Shown here piece after piece: positions 1 through 13,880 of a DNA stretch of 64,000 nt; position 1 is the first letter of the stretch; each line of letters begins with the position of its first letter. The notes under the pieces were generated by a model that had not been told where the DNA came from, did not search any database, and was given only the letters and a program-made list of their open reading frames with translations. A program made the position numbers and the translations under genes. This DNA comes from Eledone cirrhosa (lineage: Eukaryota), in NCBI GenBank assembly GCA_964016885.1, contig OZ024742.1:302250001-302314000 (forward strand), in the 5' to 3' direction.

Positions 1-381
<381 letters not shown>

Positions 382-689
382 TATACATAAAATCATGCAT
401 ACATGCAAGTATAATCCATTAATGGAACTGTAAAAATATAGAAGGAAAAATAAGATAAAATGTTGGAGATGACAGGAGGTTATATATGTAGCATGTTCGC
501 GGTTAGAGTGATAATGTATGTCAAACTATAGAGGTACTTATAAAGTGGATGAGTGATGAGCTGAGAGATGAATGGATGAGAATATTGCATTAATAGGTTA
601 TGAGAAATTATGAGCTTTTAGGTTATTTCAAAAGTCTGTTTTGTACGTTTAGTTGTGCATGTTGTACGTTGGTGTTTCCATGAAGAGAG

Positions 690-1310
690 TAAGTAATTTT
701 TCAAAATGCAAATAGCTCCTGAATATTTCACTTTTGATGTTGAGGCATTCTTTAGAACATTTTAAACTTTGGAGTATGCCACTTTTCTCGCCGGGACAAA
801 GCCCACATTTCTTCGATCCGTTGATATATAGATTGGGCTTTCCTACTATTCTTCATCTTATTTTATGGGAGTCTACCTTTGTCCTTTAATCTCCATACAT
901 ATTTCAGTAAGGCAGCCACTGATTTCATTTCAGGATGTCTGAAGGTTCAAACACGCGAGTAAAACCTTTATTTAAACCTGTCATCTACCACACCCACATA
1001 TCATTATATGCTCATTGTTTGGTTGGCGTTATCAAGTATAGCTTCAACATTATATATTATCAAGCTTACGTTACAAGCCTGTTGCAGTGGGTATTCGTCC
1101 TTTATCCTACACCAGTGTTCGGGTTGTTCATTGAGTCTATATATATCTTGCAGTTATCATTGACTTTATGGAAAGGTCACATGGATAACTGATTGCGATT
1201 GAGTGCTTACTGAAGATCCTACTCTACCTGTGATGTGGAGAGAAATGCATGTCTATTAATTTAAGTAAATTTTTTTTTTACCTACATTAGTTTTGTTCCG
1301 AAATCTATTT
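690..1310 (-). pseudogene. Degenerate PLE RT-thumb / GIY-YIG endonuclease fragment
   Basis: Minus-strand translation with stops and shifts: KTNVGKK..LIDMHF, YVG..DRFK*RFYS, L.KYVWRLKDKG, KKCGLC; parallels the PLE ORF at 11.8-12.4 kb. Confidence 0.75.
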
Positions 1311-1429
1311 TACTCGTACACATGGAACGATAAAAAGCAAAGTCAACTCTGGTTGGAATTGAACTCAGAAGGTAAAGAGATGTAAATAAACACCGCAAGG
1401 TACTTTAATTGTCGTTCCATCGATTGTGT

Positions 1430-1740
1430 CAATTCTGAACAGCAACAGCGACAACTAACACCATCAACAACAAATATCCCCCCCCCCCCACTAATATCAG
1501 CACCAGCAGCAGCAGCAACACCATCACCACCAGCACCAGCACCATCACCATCACCACCACCAGCACCACCAGCACCACCACCGCCGCCGCCGCCGCCACA
1601 ACCAGCAGCAGCACCACCACTAGCAGCAGCACCACCACCACCAGCACCGCCACCACCGCCACCACTACCACAACTATCACCTGCAGCAGCACCAGTACCA
1701 CCACCACCACCACCACCACCACCACAACAACAATTAACAC
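1430..1740. repeat. (CCA/GCA/CAA)n trinucleotide low-complexity tract
   Basis: Directly visible; gives spurious poly-G/poly-V ORFs. Confidence 0.9.
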
Positions 1741-2051
1741 TAACAAACCACATATATAAACAACTAAGAAGTAGTTCATATAATCAAATAACTGTCTTTG
1801 ATGATTTTTCTGCACAACAAACACTTTTTCCTATTATGTCTACTTTGGCGTGCATTATACTTCAGATCTCTCAATCACTCTAGTATACACCCGCTTCCAC
1901 TCCTCCACACAGACACTTTATATCTGCTTAGTATTGACAGTTGCAAGAATGAGTACTCAATACCATGCTAGTGATGAATATAATTTTTATTCAGGAAAAG
2001 TTTGAGTTTATTTAATCTTGATTTTCTCTTTTGTATAACCACAACCACCAC

Positions 2052-2540
<489 letters not shown>

Positions 2541-2541
2541 A

Positions 2542-2620
<79 letters not shown>

Positions 2621-2622
<2 letters not shown>

Positions 2623-2800
2623 CGAGGGAGGTGTGGTAAGGAACCAAATGGACCATAACGCACCAGAGTACTCAATACTTAGGGTAATAGGAAAATGTTT
2701 AACCCCGACGGCAGAGCTAAAGCCGTTTCGACGGCTATTTTTGGAGTCCAGAAATAGCCGCCGAAACGGCTTGAGCTCTGCTGTCGGGGTTAAACATTTT

Positions 2801-2805
<5 letters not shown>
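2621..2805 (-). mobile_element. Short fold-back element, family A copy 1, inserted in (TA)n
   Basis: Hairpin 2687-2805 centred on CGGCTATTTTTGGAGTCCAGAAATAGCCG; tail TATTGAGTAC on minus strand; homologous to 6770-6968. Confidence 0.75.
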
Positions 2806-2858
<53 letters not shown>

Positions 2859-2905
2859 AAGGAAAAGCGAAGTAGTTTCAGATGTTCAAGTCCTTTAATA
2901 ATAAT

Positions 2906-2979
2906 GCTGTGATATATATTTCAATGACGACACTGGCCACACTGTTCTGTGTGCGAGTGTCGTGTCATCATCAGACAGC
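2906..2979 (-). ncRNA. Type I hammerhead ribozyme (inverted copy)
   Basis: Reverse complement of the motif at 3861-3934. Confidence 0.8.
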
Positions 2980-3860
2980 TTGCTACATAACAAGGTTGTT
3001 TCCGAGGCAATCCAAATTGAATCGACATGGGAACGGATGAAGTTCGTGCTTTTGGGTTTTTCATCCGTTCCCTTGTGAGTACCAATTCACCCCCACCGGT
3101 CTGCGCAAGCGCATGTCCGAAGGAAGTTGACCATTAGTCACCGCAGATTTCAACGAAATTCGCTATCAGTTCACCCTCTCAGCCAAAACAATGGCCCACC
3201 TATGCCCTACCAAAGTCTACTGCTACCCATCACTACTGTGGCAGTCAGCCGAAAGCCAGAGGAGATGGGAGGGTGTTAGTTTTTATAGGTCATAATACTA
3301 CCTTTCACTAAGCGTTGACAATAAGACTGACCATCAACTCATAAGGGAAAATAAACTTAATTCTAGGTACTATGGTTTTACATTGTAAGTTAAGAGTGAG
3401 AGTTGGAAATAAAAATTAAAAATTAAAATCCTAAATCAAATATCAGAGATTATAAATTAAACAATTAAAAATTAAAAAATTCTAAATTCAAAAATGTTTC
3501 AAGTGATAATTCGGATTGAGTAAAAATATAGATTGAAGTGAGTAAATAATATGGAGGGAGATGTTTAAGTAATAAGTTCTGAGAGGGATTCTAGTGTCAC
3601 AGTTACTCTATCCACATATTGAACGACAGTGCCGTACATTATAACGGAGGGCAAACTACATGGTTCAAGGCATTAGTCAATCTGTTACACGGTCATAATT
3701 TCTATCATATGGAACAAAATCAAAGAAAAACAGTACACAAAAGAAAAGAAAAGAACAGAACCAATTAGGGAACGGATGAAAAACCCCAAAACACGAACTT
3801 CATCCGTTCTCATGTCGATTCAATTTGGATTGCCTCGGAAACAACCTTATTATGCAGCAA

Positions 3861-3934
3861 GCTGTCTGATGATGACACGACACTCGCACACAGAACAGTG
3901 TGGCCAGTGTCGTCATTGAAATATATATCACAGC
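3861..3934 (+). ncRNA. Type I hammerhead ribozyme
   Basis: GCTGT-CTGATGA-[TGAC(AC)GACACT..AGTGTCGTCA stem II]-GAAA-TATATA-TC-ACAGC; stem I GCTGT/ACAGC, palindromic stem III, AUC cleavage triplet. Confidence 0.85.
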
Positions 3935-5162
3935 ATTATTATTAAAGGACTTGAACATCTGAAACTACTTCGCTTTTCCTTATTCGATATTTACTCCGTC
4001 ACTCCTATGTGGAAAAAGTACGCTGAGTGCTTGAATTGAATTGCATCAATATTTACCCTAACAATTTAGCTCCGATTAGTTGAGCGTTCTATGATGTAAC
4101 CGATATGGTGGAGAAGAGAGGAACCAACCAAGAGCTACCCCGGAAATTCCCTCTACCATGGGGATGAAAACCCCTGACACTGGACGGGCGTAATAGTAAC
4201 TTTCGGCAGGATAAATACGCGGAAACAAAAAATAAGATAAATCCCTATTTTCCTGCACCAAATCGCATTTGAACGGAAGCCCCCTCAATTCAATCTATAC
4301 ATGGACAGATGGACAATCATATGGATCATTTTGCATATATGTACTCTGTGTTTTTGCATTTATTCACTATTGGTTCTGTTCTTTTCTTTTCTTTTGTGTA
4401 CTTTATGTCTGTTTTTCTTTGATTTTGTTCCATGTGATGGAAATTATGACAGTGTAACAGATTGACTAATGCCTTGAACCATGTAGTTTGCCCTCCGTTA
4501 TAATGTACGGCACTGTTGTTCAATATGTGGATAGAGTAACTGTGACACTAGAATCCCTCTCAGAACTTATTACTTAAACATCTCTCTCCATATTATTTAC
4601 TCACTTCAATCTATATTTTTACTCAATCCGAATTATCACTTGAAAAATTTTTGAATTTAGAATTTTTTAATTTTTAATTGTTTAATTTATAATCTCTGAT
4701 ATTTGATTTAGGATTTTAATTTTTAATTTTTATTTCCAACTCTCACTCTTAACTTACAATGTAAAACCATAGTACCTAGAATTAAGTTTATTTTCCCTTA
4801 TGAGTTGATGGTCAGTCTTACTGTCAACGCTTAGTGAAAGGTAGTATTATGACCTATAAAAACTAACACCCTCCCATCCCCTCTGGCTTTCGGCTGACTG
4901 CCACAGTAGTGATGGGTAGCAGTAGACTTTGGTAGGGCATAGGTGGGACATTGTTTTGGCTGAGAGGGTGAACTGACTGCGAATTTCGTTGAAATCTGCG
5001 GTGACTAATGGTCAACTTCCTTCGGACATGCGCTTGCGCAGACCGGTGGGGGTGAATTGGTACTCACAAGGGAACGGATGAAAAACCCAAAAGCACGAAC
5101 TTCATCCGTTCCCATGTCGATTCAATTTGGATTGCCTCGGAAACAACCTTATTATGTAGCAA

Positions 5163-5236
5163 GCTGTCTGATGATGACACGACACTCGCACACAGAACAG
5201 TGTGGCCAGTGTCGTCATTGAAATATATATCACAGC
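5163..5236 (+). ncRNA. Type I hammerhead ribozyme (tandem copy)
   Basis: Same sequence as 3861-3934, about 1302 bp downstream. Confidence 0.85.
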
Positions 5237-5364
5237 ATTATTATTAAAGGACTTGAACATCTGAAACTACTTCGCTTTTCCTTATTCGATATTTACTCCG
5301 TCACTCTATGTGGAAAAAGTACGTTGAGTGCTTGAATTGAATTGCATCAATGTTTACCCTAATA

Positions 5365-5447
<83 letters not shown>

Positions 5448-5473
5448 GTAATCTGAGTTTTTCGAATATTAAT

Positions 5474-5660
5474 AATTGTTTCTACGTTTGGCACAAGGCC
5501 AGCAAATACTCAGTGCATTACTGGTACTTTATTTTATCGACCCCGTAAGGATGAAAGGCAAAGTTAACCTCGGCGGGATTTGAACTCAGAACGTAAAGGG
5601 CCGTAACTCTATGCTGTAAAGCATGTTGTCTGACGCTCTACCGATACTAACAATTCACCA
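5474..5660 (-). mobile_element. tRNA-derived SINE (abundant family; further copies ~14095-14280+, 17940-18075-, 19110-19257-, 21628-21818-, 22875-22985-, 27195-27640+, 28520-28822+, 31035-31170-, 39251-39436-, 39816-40004+, 52085-52710+, 60700-61115-)
   Basis: A-box-like TGGCAGTATCGG, B box GAGTTCAAATCC, conserved core GCCTTTCATCCTTACGGGGTCGATAAAATAAAGTACCAG, tail GGCCTTGTGCCAAAAGTAGAAACAATT. Confidence 0.9.
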
Positions 5661-5774
5661 CAATCGAATATTAATTATAATATTCGATTCGTTTGCAATT
5701 ATGAAGCCTCTTTTAAAGCCATGTCAGTAGAATAACCCCGTCATTCTTACTCTTGTGTTGGCATATAAACAGAA

Positions 5775-5819
5775 CTGGTGACATTAATGTTGCTGGGTGA
5801 TTACCCTTCATCAGTACAG
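5775..5819 (-). ncRNA. Degenerate minimal hammerhead
   Basis: CTGATGA-AGGGTAATCACCCA-GCAA(GAAA mutated)-CATTAATG-TC-ACCAG on minus strand. Confidence 0.55.
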
Positions 5820-5969
5820 TATACTGCTTACCTGACAATTGTTAGAGCTAGTGAAAATATATGATATTTTCTAAAATTTACAGTGACTGATCGGCCTGAT
5901 TTGCATATTAGCAGACTGCCTGATCAGTCAGATCTGCATATTAGCAGACCCATATATATATATATATAT

Positions 5970-6050
<81 letters not shown>

Positions 6051-6100
6051 CACAGCTGATACATAAATGTAGGTATGCATACGTACACACACAAGCACCG

Positions 6101-6203
<103 letters not shown>

Positions 6204-6224
6204 ATATATATATACATATACATA

Positions 6225-6640
6225 TGTACGTATGGGTTTTATCGAACATTAATAATAATATTTGATTCGTTTGTAAAGTTGTGCCGTGCCGATGACAAAT
6301 ATTCATCCGTTTGTTCAACACTGGCATTGAGGAACAATCAACATGTTTCTGGGTCATTATCCTTCATCAGGACTGTATACCTCTGCCAGTCTGTTGAACG
6401 GTCAGCCGTAACTCGCTCGGTATGCAAATGAGGCTTCTCAGCAGATGTGTACATAAGAAAATACTATATATTTTCTATAGTTCAACAGATTGGCAGAGGT
6501 ATAGAATCCTGATGAAGGGTAATGACCCAGAAACATGTTGATTGTTCATCAATGCCAGTGTTAAAGAAACAGATGACATTTTATCATCGGCACGGCGTCG
6601 AATATTATTTTTAATGTTCAATAATAACTTATACGTACAT
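6225..6640. mobile_element. Older inverted-pair element with two hammerheads (6336-6374 minus, 6505-6543 plus)
   Basis: Arms ~6225-6399 and ~6480-6640 are diverged reverse complements; each carries CTGATGA-AGGRTAATGACCCA-GAAA-CATG-TT-GATT. Confidence 0.75.
6505..6543 (+). ncRNA. Minimal type I hammerhead ribozyme
   Basis: AATC-CTGATGA-A-GGGT-AATG-ACCC-A-GAAA-CATG-TT-GATT; stems I and II pair, palindromic stem III. Confidence 0.8.
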
Positions 6641-6672
6641 ATGTATATGTGTGTGTGTGTATATATACATAT

Positions 6673-6732
<60 letters not shown>

Positions 6733-6742
6733 ACGTATGCAT

Positions 6743-6769
<27 letters not shown>

Positions 6770-6773
<4 letters not shown>

Positions 6774-6965
6774 GGAACGAGTAGGACCCCGACGGCTGAG
6801 CTCAAGCCGTTTCGACGGCTAATTCTGGCGTCCAGAATTAGCCGTCGAAACGGCTTGAGCTCAGCCGTCGGAGTCCTACTCGTTCCTATTACCCACTCTA
6901 CTACCCTAAGTATTGAGTACTTTGGTGCGTTATGGTCCACCTGGTTTCTTACCACATTTCCTTCG

Positions 6966-6968
<3 letters not shown>
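6770..6968 (+). mobile_element. Short fold-back element, family A copy 2, inserted in (TA)n
   Basis: Hairpin 6771-6888 centred on CGGCTAATTCTGGCGTCCAGAATTAGCCG followed by GAAAC; tail ACTC..TATTGAGTAC. Confidence 0.75.
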
Positions 6969-7030
<62 letters not shown>

Positions 7031-7159
7031 AATGAAAATGTTATACACGTAACTCATATGCGCGACCATAGGTGTCGGGGTAGGTCCAGGTATGGAAAAT
7101 TTTGTCGAAGCTCCCGATGGGAGGTCAGTATTAGAACGGCTCCTCCGTTACACAGTGAT

Positions 7160-8222
7160 TAACTGGCTGGGTGGTTCGGTTGCTGGCTGGTTGGCTGGTT
7201 GGCTGGTTGGCTGATCAGTTGCTGGTTGGCTGGTTGGCGGGCTGATCAGTTGGCTGTTTGGCTGGTTGGCGGGCTGATCAGCTAGTTAGCTGGCTGGTTG
7301 GCTGTTTGGTTGGCTGGCTGGCTGAATGGTTGTCTGGTTGGCTGGCTGGGTTGGATGGTTGGCTGGCTGGGGTTGGCTGGTTGGCTGTCAGGCTGGCTGA
7401 TTGGATGGCTGGATGGTTGGCTGTTTGACTAGCTGGTTGGCTGGCTGGCTGGCTGTTTCGTTGGCTGTTTGGCTGGCTGGTTGGCTGGTTGGTTGGCTGG
7501 TTAGTTGGCTGTTGGGCTGGCTGGTTGGCTGGCTGGTGGGCTGGTTGGTTGGCTGGCTGGTTGGCTGGTTGGTTAGCTGTTTCGTTGGCTGTTTGGCTGG
7601 CTGGTTGGCTGGTTGGTTGGCTGGTTGGTTGGCTGTTTCGTTGGCTGTTTGGCTGGCTGGTTGGCTGGTTGGTTGGTTGGCTGGTTGGCTGGTTGGTTGG
7701 ATGTTTCGTTGGCTGTTTGGCTGGCTGGCTGGCTGGTTGGTTGGCTGTTTCGTTGGCTGTTTGACTAGCTGGTTGGCTAGCTGGTTGGCTGGCGGGTTGG
7801 CTTGTTGGTTGGCTCTTTCGTTGGCTGTTTGGCTGGCTGGTTGACTGGTTGGTTGGCTGTTTGGTGGCTGGTTGGCTGGCCAGTTGGCTGGTTGGTTGGC
7901 TGTTTCGTTGGCTGTTTGGCTGGCTGGTTGGCTGGCTGGTTGGATGTTTCGTTGGCTGTTTGGCTGGCTGGCTGGCTGGCTGGTTGGTTGGCTGTTTCGT
8001 TGGCTGTTGGGCTGGCTGGCTGATTGGCTGGTTGGTTGGCTGTTTGACTAGCTGGTTGGCTAGCTGGTTGGCTGGCGGGTTGGCTTGTTGGTTGGCTCTT
8101 TCGTTGGCTGTTTGGCTGGCTGGTTGGTTGGCTGGCTGGTTGGTTGGCTGGCTGAATGACTGGCTGGCTGGTTGGTTGGCTGGTCGGCTGGTTGGTTGGC
8201 TGGTTGGCTGGCTGTTTGACTG
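7160..8222. repeat. (TGGC/TGGT)n tetranucleotide-derived satellite
   Basis: Directly visible; gives spurious W/L/A/G ORFs. Confidence 0.9.
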
Positions 8223-8309
8223 TTAAGCTAACAGACGATGGTTGTCAACTGGATATCCCATGGGGGAGGGGGAGGCGGAGGATAAAATAACAATAAGCTG
8301 ATCCCGACC

Positions 8310-8405
8310 AACTGACGCTCTGTCACGAGCGACACGTATCGCCATGTTGTTCCAGCTACGATGAATTAACGCCTGACAAACCCCGGAAGCAACCGATTGG
8401 TGATG
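8310..8405 (-). promoter_or_regulatory. Candidate promoter / first exon
   Basis: CCAAT (8396-8400 minus), ETS CCGGAAG (8383-8389), YY1-like AACATGGCG with ATG at 8345, possible donor GTCAGT after MAIRVARDR; CpG-rich non-repeat patch. Confidence 0.4.
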
Positions 8406-8560
8406 ACAAAACTAATGTTATTTTGAGCATGACAAATGTCACCTCTAAATTGTCGTCTGCAACAATACTAGCTTGAAACGAACCTTTCTCCTGCTCCATG
8501 TTCTCATGAAGACTCCAGTATGTACAGTGCAACGTATGTGTTTAGTAAATCGCGAAGACG

Positions 8561-8617
<57 letters not shown>

Positions 8618-8638
8618 ATCCCCATATCTCTCTCACTC

Positions 8639-8713
<75 letters not shown>

Positions 8714-8882
8714 CAATATCATACATATTTCATATAATGAATATATATTAATATGTATGTGTGTATGTGTATATATATATATATGTATATATATGTATAT
8801 ATATATACACACACACACATACAGAAAAAATGAATGGAATAACAACAACACCCAAACAAACAACACTGACCTAAGAGAAGTA

Positions 8883-8913
<31 letters not shown>

Positions 8914-9608
8914 ATACACAAGCACAATAACAACAAACACACATAAACACACACTAGTAAACTAAGATAGAATACATTAACCAATACACAGTCACCCAAA
9001 CAAGAACACAGATCCAACAAAACACTATACACACACGCAAACGCATGCGCAGAGAAGACAAAAAAATAAACAAATAAATAAATAAATAAACAGACTAAAT
9101 AAAGATGGCGTAAGCATACAATGCAACGGGAGGAAACATAATAGCACCACTGACGATGTTGCAGATGTGCAACGAAAGAACTTTGATAGACTATATATAT
9201 GTATTTGTGTCTATATTGTATCTGTATTTTTGACCGTTGGTCAGTCAATGGCAACATTGTGGACCGAATAAATTAAATTAACCGATATAAAAGACACAGA
9301 AGCGAAAACCAACAAATACAGTGAGTGTGTTCTGTTATTAATTCTGGCAATACTATTACACAAATATGACCCTCCCCAAGTATAACAATATTTGTTTCGA
9401 CACACGATTTCATATAAAAAAACCTCGGAAAACTAATATATATATATTTATTAAAATAACAGATTAAAGTTTAAGCAAAGAATCGCTGCTTTGACCCTTA
9501 ACGGGATCTTCTGAAACTCTATTTATATATATTTATATATATATATATTTATATATATTTATCCTTATCGAGCCTTCTTTGGATTTTAGTCTTCAAATTT
9601 ATTATTAT

Positions 9609-9691
<83 letters not shown>

Positions 9692-10064
9692 GTGTATATG
9701 CAGTGGCGGACTGGCCAGATTGCCAGGTTGCCCAATGGCAAGTGGGCCCCAGAGGGCCCACGGTAGCATTGGAAGAGCCCACTGTAGCATTGCAGGGCTC
9801 ACTGTAGTATTTTAGGGGCCAATGCTTTGCTTTAAAAAAATAGCTGAAAGAATAAAATAAAAAAAAAGTAAATAAAACAATTAAGGAAAGCATTTGGTCA
9901 ACCAATTCCACAGGGAATTACCAGAAACCAAAATATACGATAGTGCAAATACCTGGAATCAGTGGTTGTACATTCTACTAAATCTAAAGCTTAGTGTATT
10001 CATTCATGCATGCAAACATACATATATAGACACACTCACACAAGCATATATATATATATATATA

Positions 10065-10126
<62 letters not shown>

Positions 10127-10337
10127 TATATCTATGTACATTAAATTTAGCTCTGGTACTTACAAAGAGCACTCTTCACTCCTATGACTTTTTCAATTTT
10201 CAACGGAAACTTCAATACTTATACAGCTCCCAAGGGAATGATTGTAGCATATTCTACATTTTTATGAGATTGGCACCTTCCAGCCCTTTTAAAGTCGAGC
10301 ACTCTTTAGTCAATAGGATTTTAAACCAATACCGAAC

Positions 10338-12461
10338 ATGGATACATATCCTTTGGATTACTCTATCAAGAATATCCCAACAACTTCTAACACTTCCTAC
10401 ACGAAAATGCTGATAGACAAAGTAGAGAAAGTTGTTAAAAGAATGAGATGGAAAGCTTTGATTCTCGATGGACACTTTAACACGGAACATTTTGATATCA
10501 AAACTCATAAATACCCGCAAAGAGTAAAAAATATGACCGCTTTTGAACTAGACTTAGTTAATTTAATCAACAATATCAATTTTCGTAAGTACTCTAATCC
10601 TTTTCAATCTAAACTATCTAATGATATTTCAATATTCAAATCTTCTAAAAATAAGTTCATTTTCTCCGACAAAACTAAAAACTTATACGAAGTTAATAAT
10701 AATTTACATGACCAACTCTTAATAGATAATATCACCTCTGAATACCAAATAGCTAATATAAACACGTATAATAATATAAATAAGGAAGCTAAAGAATTAG
10801 CTAGTTCTTTAAAAATAGATAATAGGACAGAAAAACTTGCTAAACGTAATGCCTATATCACCATTAAAGATCACAAACCTGACTTTATTAATCGTCCTAG
10901 TTGTAGATTAATCAACCCTGCTAAGACTGATATCGGTCTTGCTAGCAAACATTTTTTAAATAATATAAACACAGATTAGAAGTAAGTCTGAATTACTCCA
11001 ATGAATAAATAGCTCTTCCGTAGTACATTGGTTTAATAATATTAAAGATAAAAATAGTTCTAGATTCACCCAATTTGATATTGTAGATTTCTACCCGTCT
11101 ATCACTCAGCCTCTTTTAGCGAAAGCCTTAAATTTCGCTAGAAAGTTTACCAATATTTCTGATATTGAAGAGAATGTCATCTTGTATGCTAGAAACACTC
11201 TACTCTTTACTGATGACACTTGGGTAAAAATATCTAACCCAGAGAACCCATTCGATGTCTCAATGGGTTCTTTTGACAGTGCTGATGTTTGTGATTTAGT
11301 CGGCCTATTCCTCCTACACACACTTAAAGAAAAATTCCCTAACCATATTTTTGGGCTTTATCGCGACGATTGTCTAATACTTTGCCATACCACCATAGGC
11401 CATAACTTAGATAGATTAAGGAAAGACTTAATAAAAACCTTCGCTAGTTTTAATCTTAAAATTATTATTAACACTAACCTTTCCAATGTTAATTTTCTAG
11501 ATATAAACCTAGATCTGCCTACTGCTTCTTATAAACCATACCACAAACCCAATGAAAATTTAAAATATATAAATAAAGGCTCTTGCCATCCTCCTATAGT
11601 TTTTAAAAACCTTATCCCTAATATTAGCCGTAGGATCTCCACCCTCTCTTCCTCAGAAGCTATTTTCAATAAGGCATCCCCCTACTATAATAAAGCCCTT
11701 CAAAATAGCGGATTTAGCGAACCGATTAAGTACATACCCAACAATACTAACTATTTTAAACATAATAATAGGAAAAGAAAAATAATCTGGTTCACATCCC
11801 CTACTCTCTAGCAGTTAAAACTAATGTAGGCAAAAAATTCCTAGAGCTCTTAGATAAACATTTCCCTAGAACACATAGATACTCTAAGATCTTCAATAGA
11901 AACTGTTTCAAAATTAGCTACTCCTGCGGTCCCCCTATTAAATCTTATATCATCAATAAGAAATCACCCAGAGAACATCAAAATTGCTCCTGTAGAGTCA
12001 AAAGTGAATGCTCATTACAAGGTAAATGCAACACCAAAGCCATTGTATATGCGGCTAAAGTGACAACCATCAGCAACAACCTACCAGCCACCAGCGAGCG
12101 ATATGTGGGTATGACACAAGACAAATTCAAAACGCGTTATTACTCACATGTCGCATCTTTCCTACATCCAGAAAAAAGATTTACAACAGCTCTGGCTAGC
12201 AGAATATGGGATTTGAAAGACCAAGGTAACCAATATAAATTGGATTCGTCAATTTTGAAACAATCTAAAGAATATGCAAGAGGAACAAGAAGATGCACAC
12301 TCTGCATAAGTGAAAAATATTTGATTTTACGGAACCTTAAATCACCAAAAACCTGCCTAAATACAAAAACAGAAATTTTTACCAGTTGCCCACACATGAA
12401 ATCACACTTGCTTTCCAGCTCATATAAACTTAACTCACTTTCAGATACTTATCCTTCATAA
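10338..12461 (+). pseudogene. PLE reverse transcriptase + Cys-rich linker + C-terminal GIY-YIG endonuclease, disrupted
   Basis: YSIKNIP..KRMRWKA, KDHK..CRLINP, FDIVDFYPSI, MGS, GLYRDD, NFLD, CSCRVKSECSLQGKC, IVY..YVG..FKTR..H, CTLCISEK; frameshifts near 10975 and 11800 and a TGA near 11002. Confidence 0.92.
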
Positions 12462-13611
12462 ACTCTTGTTCTTCCCTTTCCTTAAATTATCCTCTTTACA
12501 GAATTCTCTTTCTGATTTACTTTCATTTTTAACTTTATTTTCATTTTTATTTTTATTTTCACTTCACACCCACAAGTGACCCCCCCCCCCCCCACTACTT
12601 TTTGATTCACTTACCTAATATCTTCAAATTCCACACTTTATTTCTTTCACTACCTGATATCACTTGTCACTTGCGTTTTCAACTCCAGATATATCCTGTT
12701 GTTTCGCAGCCGCTTTTATATTTGTATTTCTTTCTTTCATATGGCTGGTCTATAATTTGTATCTATGCGTGTGAGTGTGTATGCGCCTCCGTGTGTGTGC
12801 GTGTGTGTCTATATGTGTGAGCATGTATGTTTTTATATCTATATTTTATACGAGTGTGTATATGTGGGTGAACGTATGTGTATAAGTACGTGTATATATA
12901 TATATATATATATATGTATATGTATGTATGTGTGTGTGTGCATATGTGTATATATATAGTCGCGTACGTGTGCTTAGATATACGTGTGCCGATATATGTA
13001 TATATATGTGTGCTTCGTGTGTATGTATGTACGTATGCATGCGCTTTTGCCTGTACGTATTCATATATATATATATATATTTATATGTATGTGTGCGTAC
13101 GTGCGAACCTATGTTTGTTTTCTTTTTCTCTAGTGTTAATTTATAATTGATAACCCCTCCCTCTTACTTTCTTTTTGATTTAAACAAAATTTTTTTCTTT
13201 CTCATATATTGTTTCATTTTTATATGTATCGAATATGACACTCTTTTTGACTAATACACTCCCTTCCCTTTTTATCTAAATGATCGTGCGTGTGTGTTTA
13301 TACGCGTGCTTTCATACTTGTATGTGTATATATTTAATACCTAAATCTGGATGTACATTATTTTTCAACTTATATTATATACGTATTGGTCACACATACA
13401 CTATTATGCTTGCCCTCATATACGCACTTACGCACACACACATTTTCACTATACACATGCATTTGTACATACACACATATGTACATTTGTGAGTGAATAT
13501 AAACTATATTTCCTTATTTTTTTTTATATATCTCTTGCTTTGTTTTTTTTTGCCCGTTAAACTCTTGGCTTTCTTGAGGAGATTTTTCAAATATTTCACT
13601 ATGTTTTAAAT

Positions 13612-13690
13612 TGCCTTGTCCGATGAACGAATGAGGACGTTTTTCGTATTCGTCTTATTCGGGAAACCTCTGGTAATGAGGTAATTAAAT
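13612..13690 (+). ncRNA. Hammerhead-like motif of the PLE 3' end (variant core)
   Basis: CCGATGA-[CGAATGAGGACG..CGTCTTATTCG]-GAAA-CCTC(TGGTAAT)GAGG-TA; stem I weak. Confidence 0.6.
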
Positions 13691-13785
13691 TGTATTGTTT
13701 ATTATACATTAAATTTAACTCTGGTACTTACATAGAGCACTCTTCACTCCTATGACTTTTTCAATTTTCAACGGAAACTTCAATA

Positions 13786-13854
<69 letters not shown>

Positions 13855-13880
13855 AAAATTTCGCTCTACATGGCTGAATA

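Larger units (their letters stand above)
2856..5362 (+). mobile_element. Non-coding PLE-like/retrozyme-like element: ~1.3-kb unit with direct terminal repeats plus 5' inverted copy
   Basis: 3770-4060 repeats at 5070-5362; 2856-3765 is the reverse complement of ~4375-5287; three hammerheads; flanked by (TA)n; no long ORF. Confidence 0.85.
10137..13791 (+). mobile_element. Near full-length Penelope-like retroelement (Neptune-type) inserted in (TA)n
   Basis: ~87-bp direct terminal repeats 10137-10223 / 13705-13791; RT-EN ORF; pyrimidine-rich 3' UTR; hammerhead-like motif upstream of the 3' repeat. Confidence 0.9.

Noticed and set aside
9145-9195. CTGACGA-TGTTGC..GCAAC-GAAA hammerhead-like motif
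   Set aside because: Core and stem II are present but stems I and III do not pair convincingly; at best a decayed copy
11000-11006. In-frame TGA in the PLE ORF as selenocysteine (reported for some Naiad PLEs)
   Set aside because: The position corresponds to a usual Trp (TGG>TGA), the ORF is also frameshifted, and the endonuclease is C-terminal rather than Naiad-like
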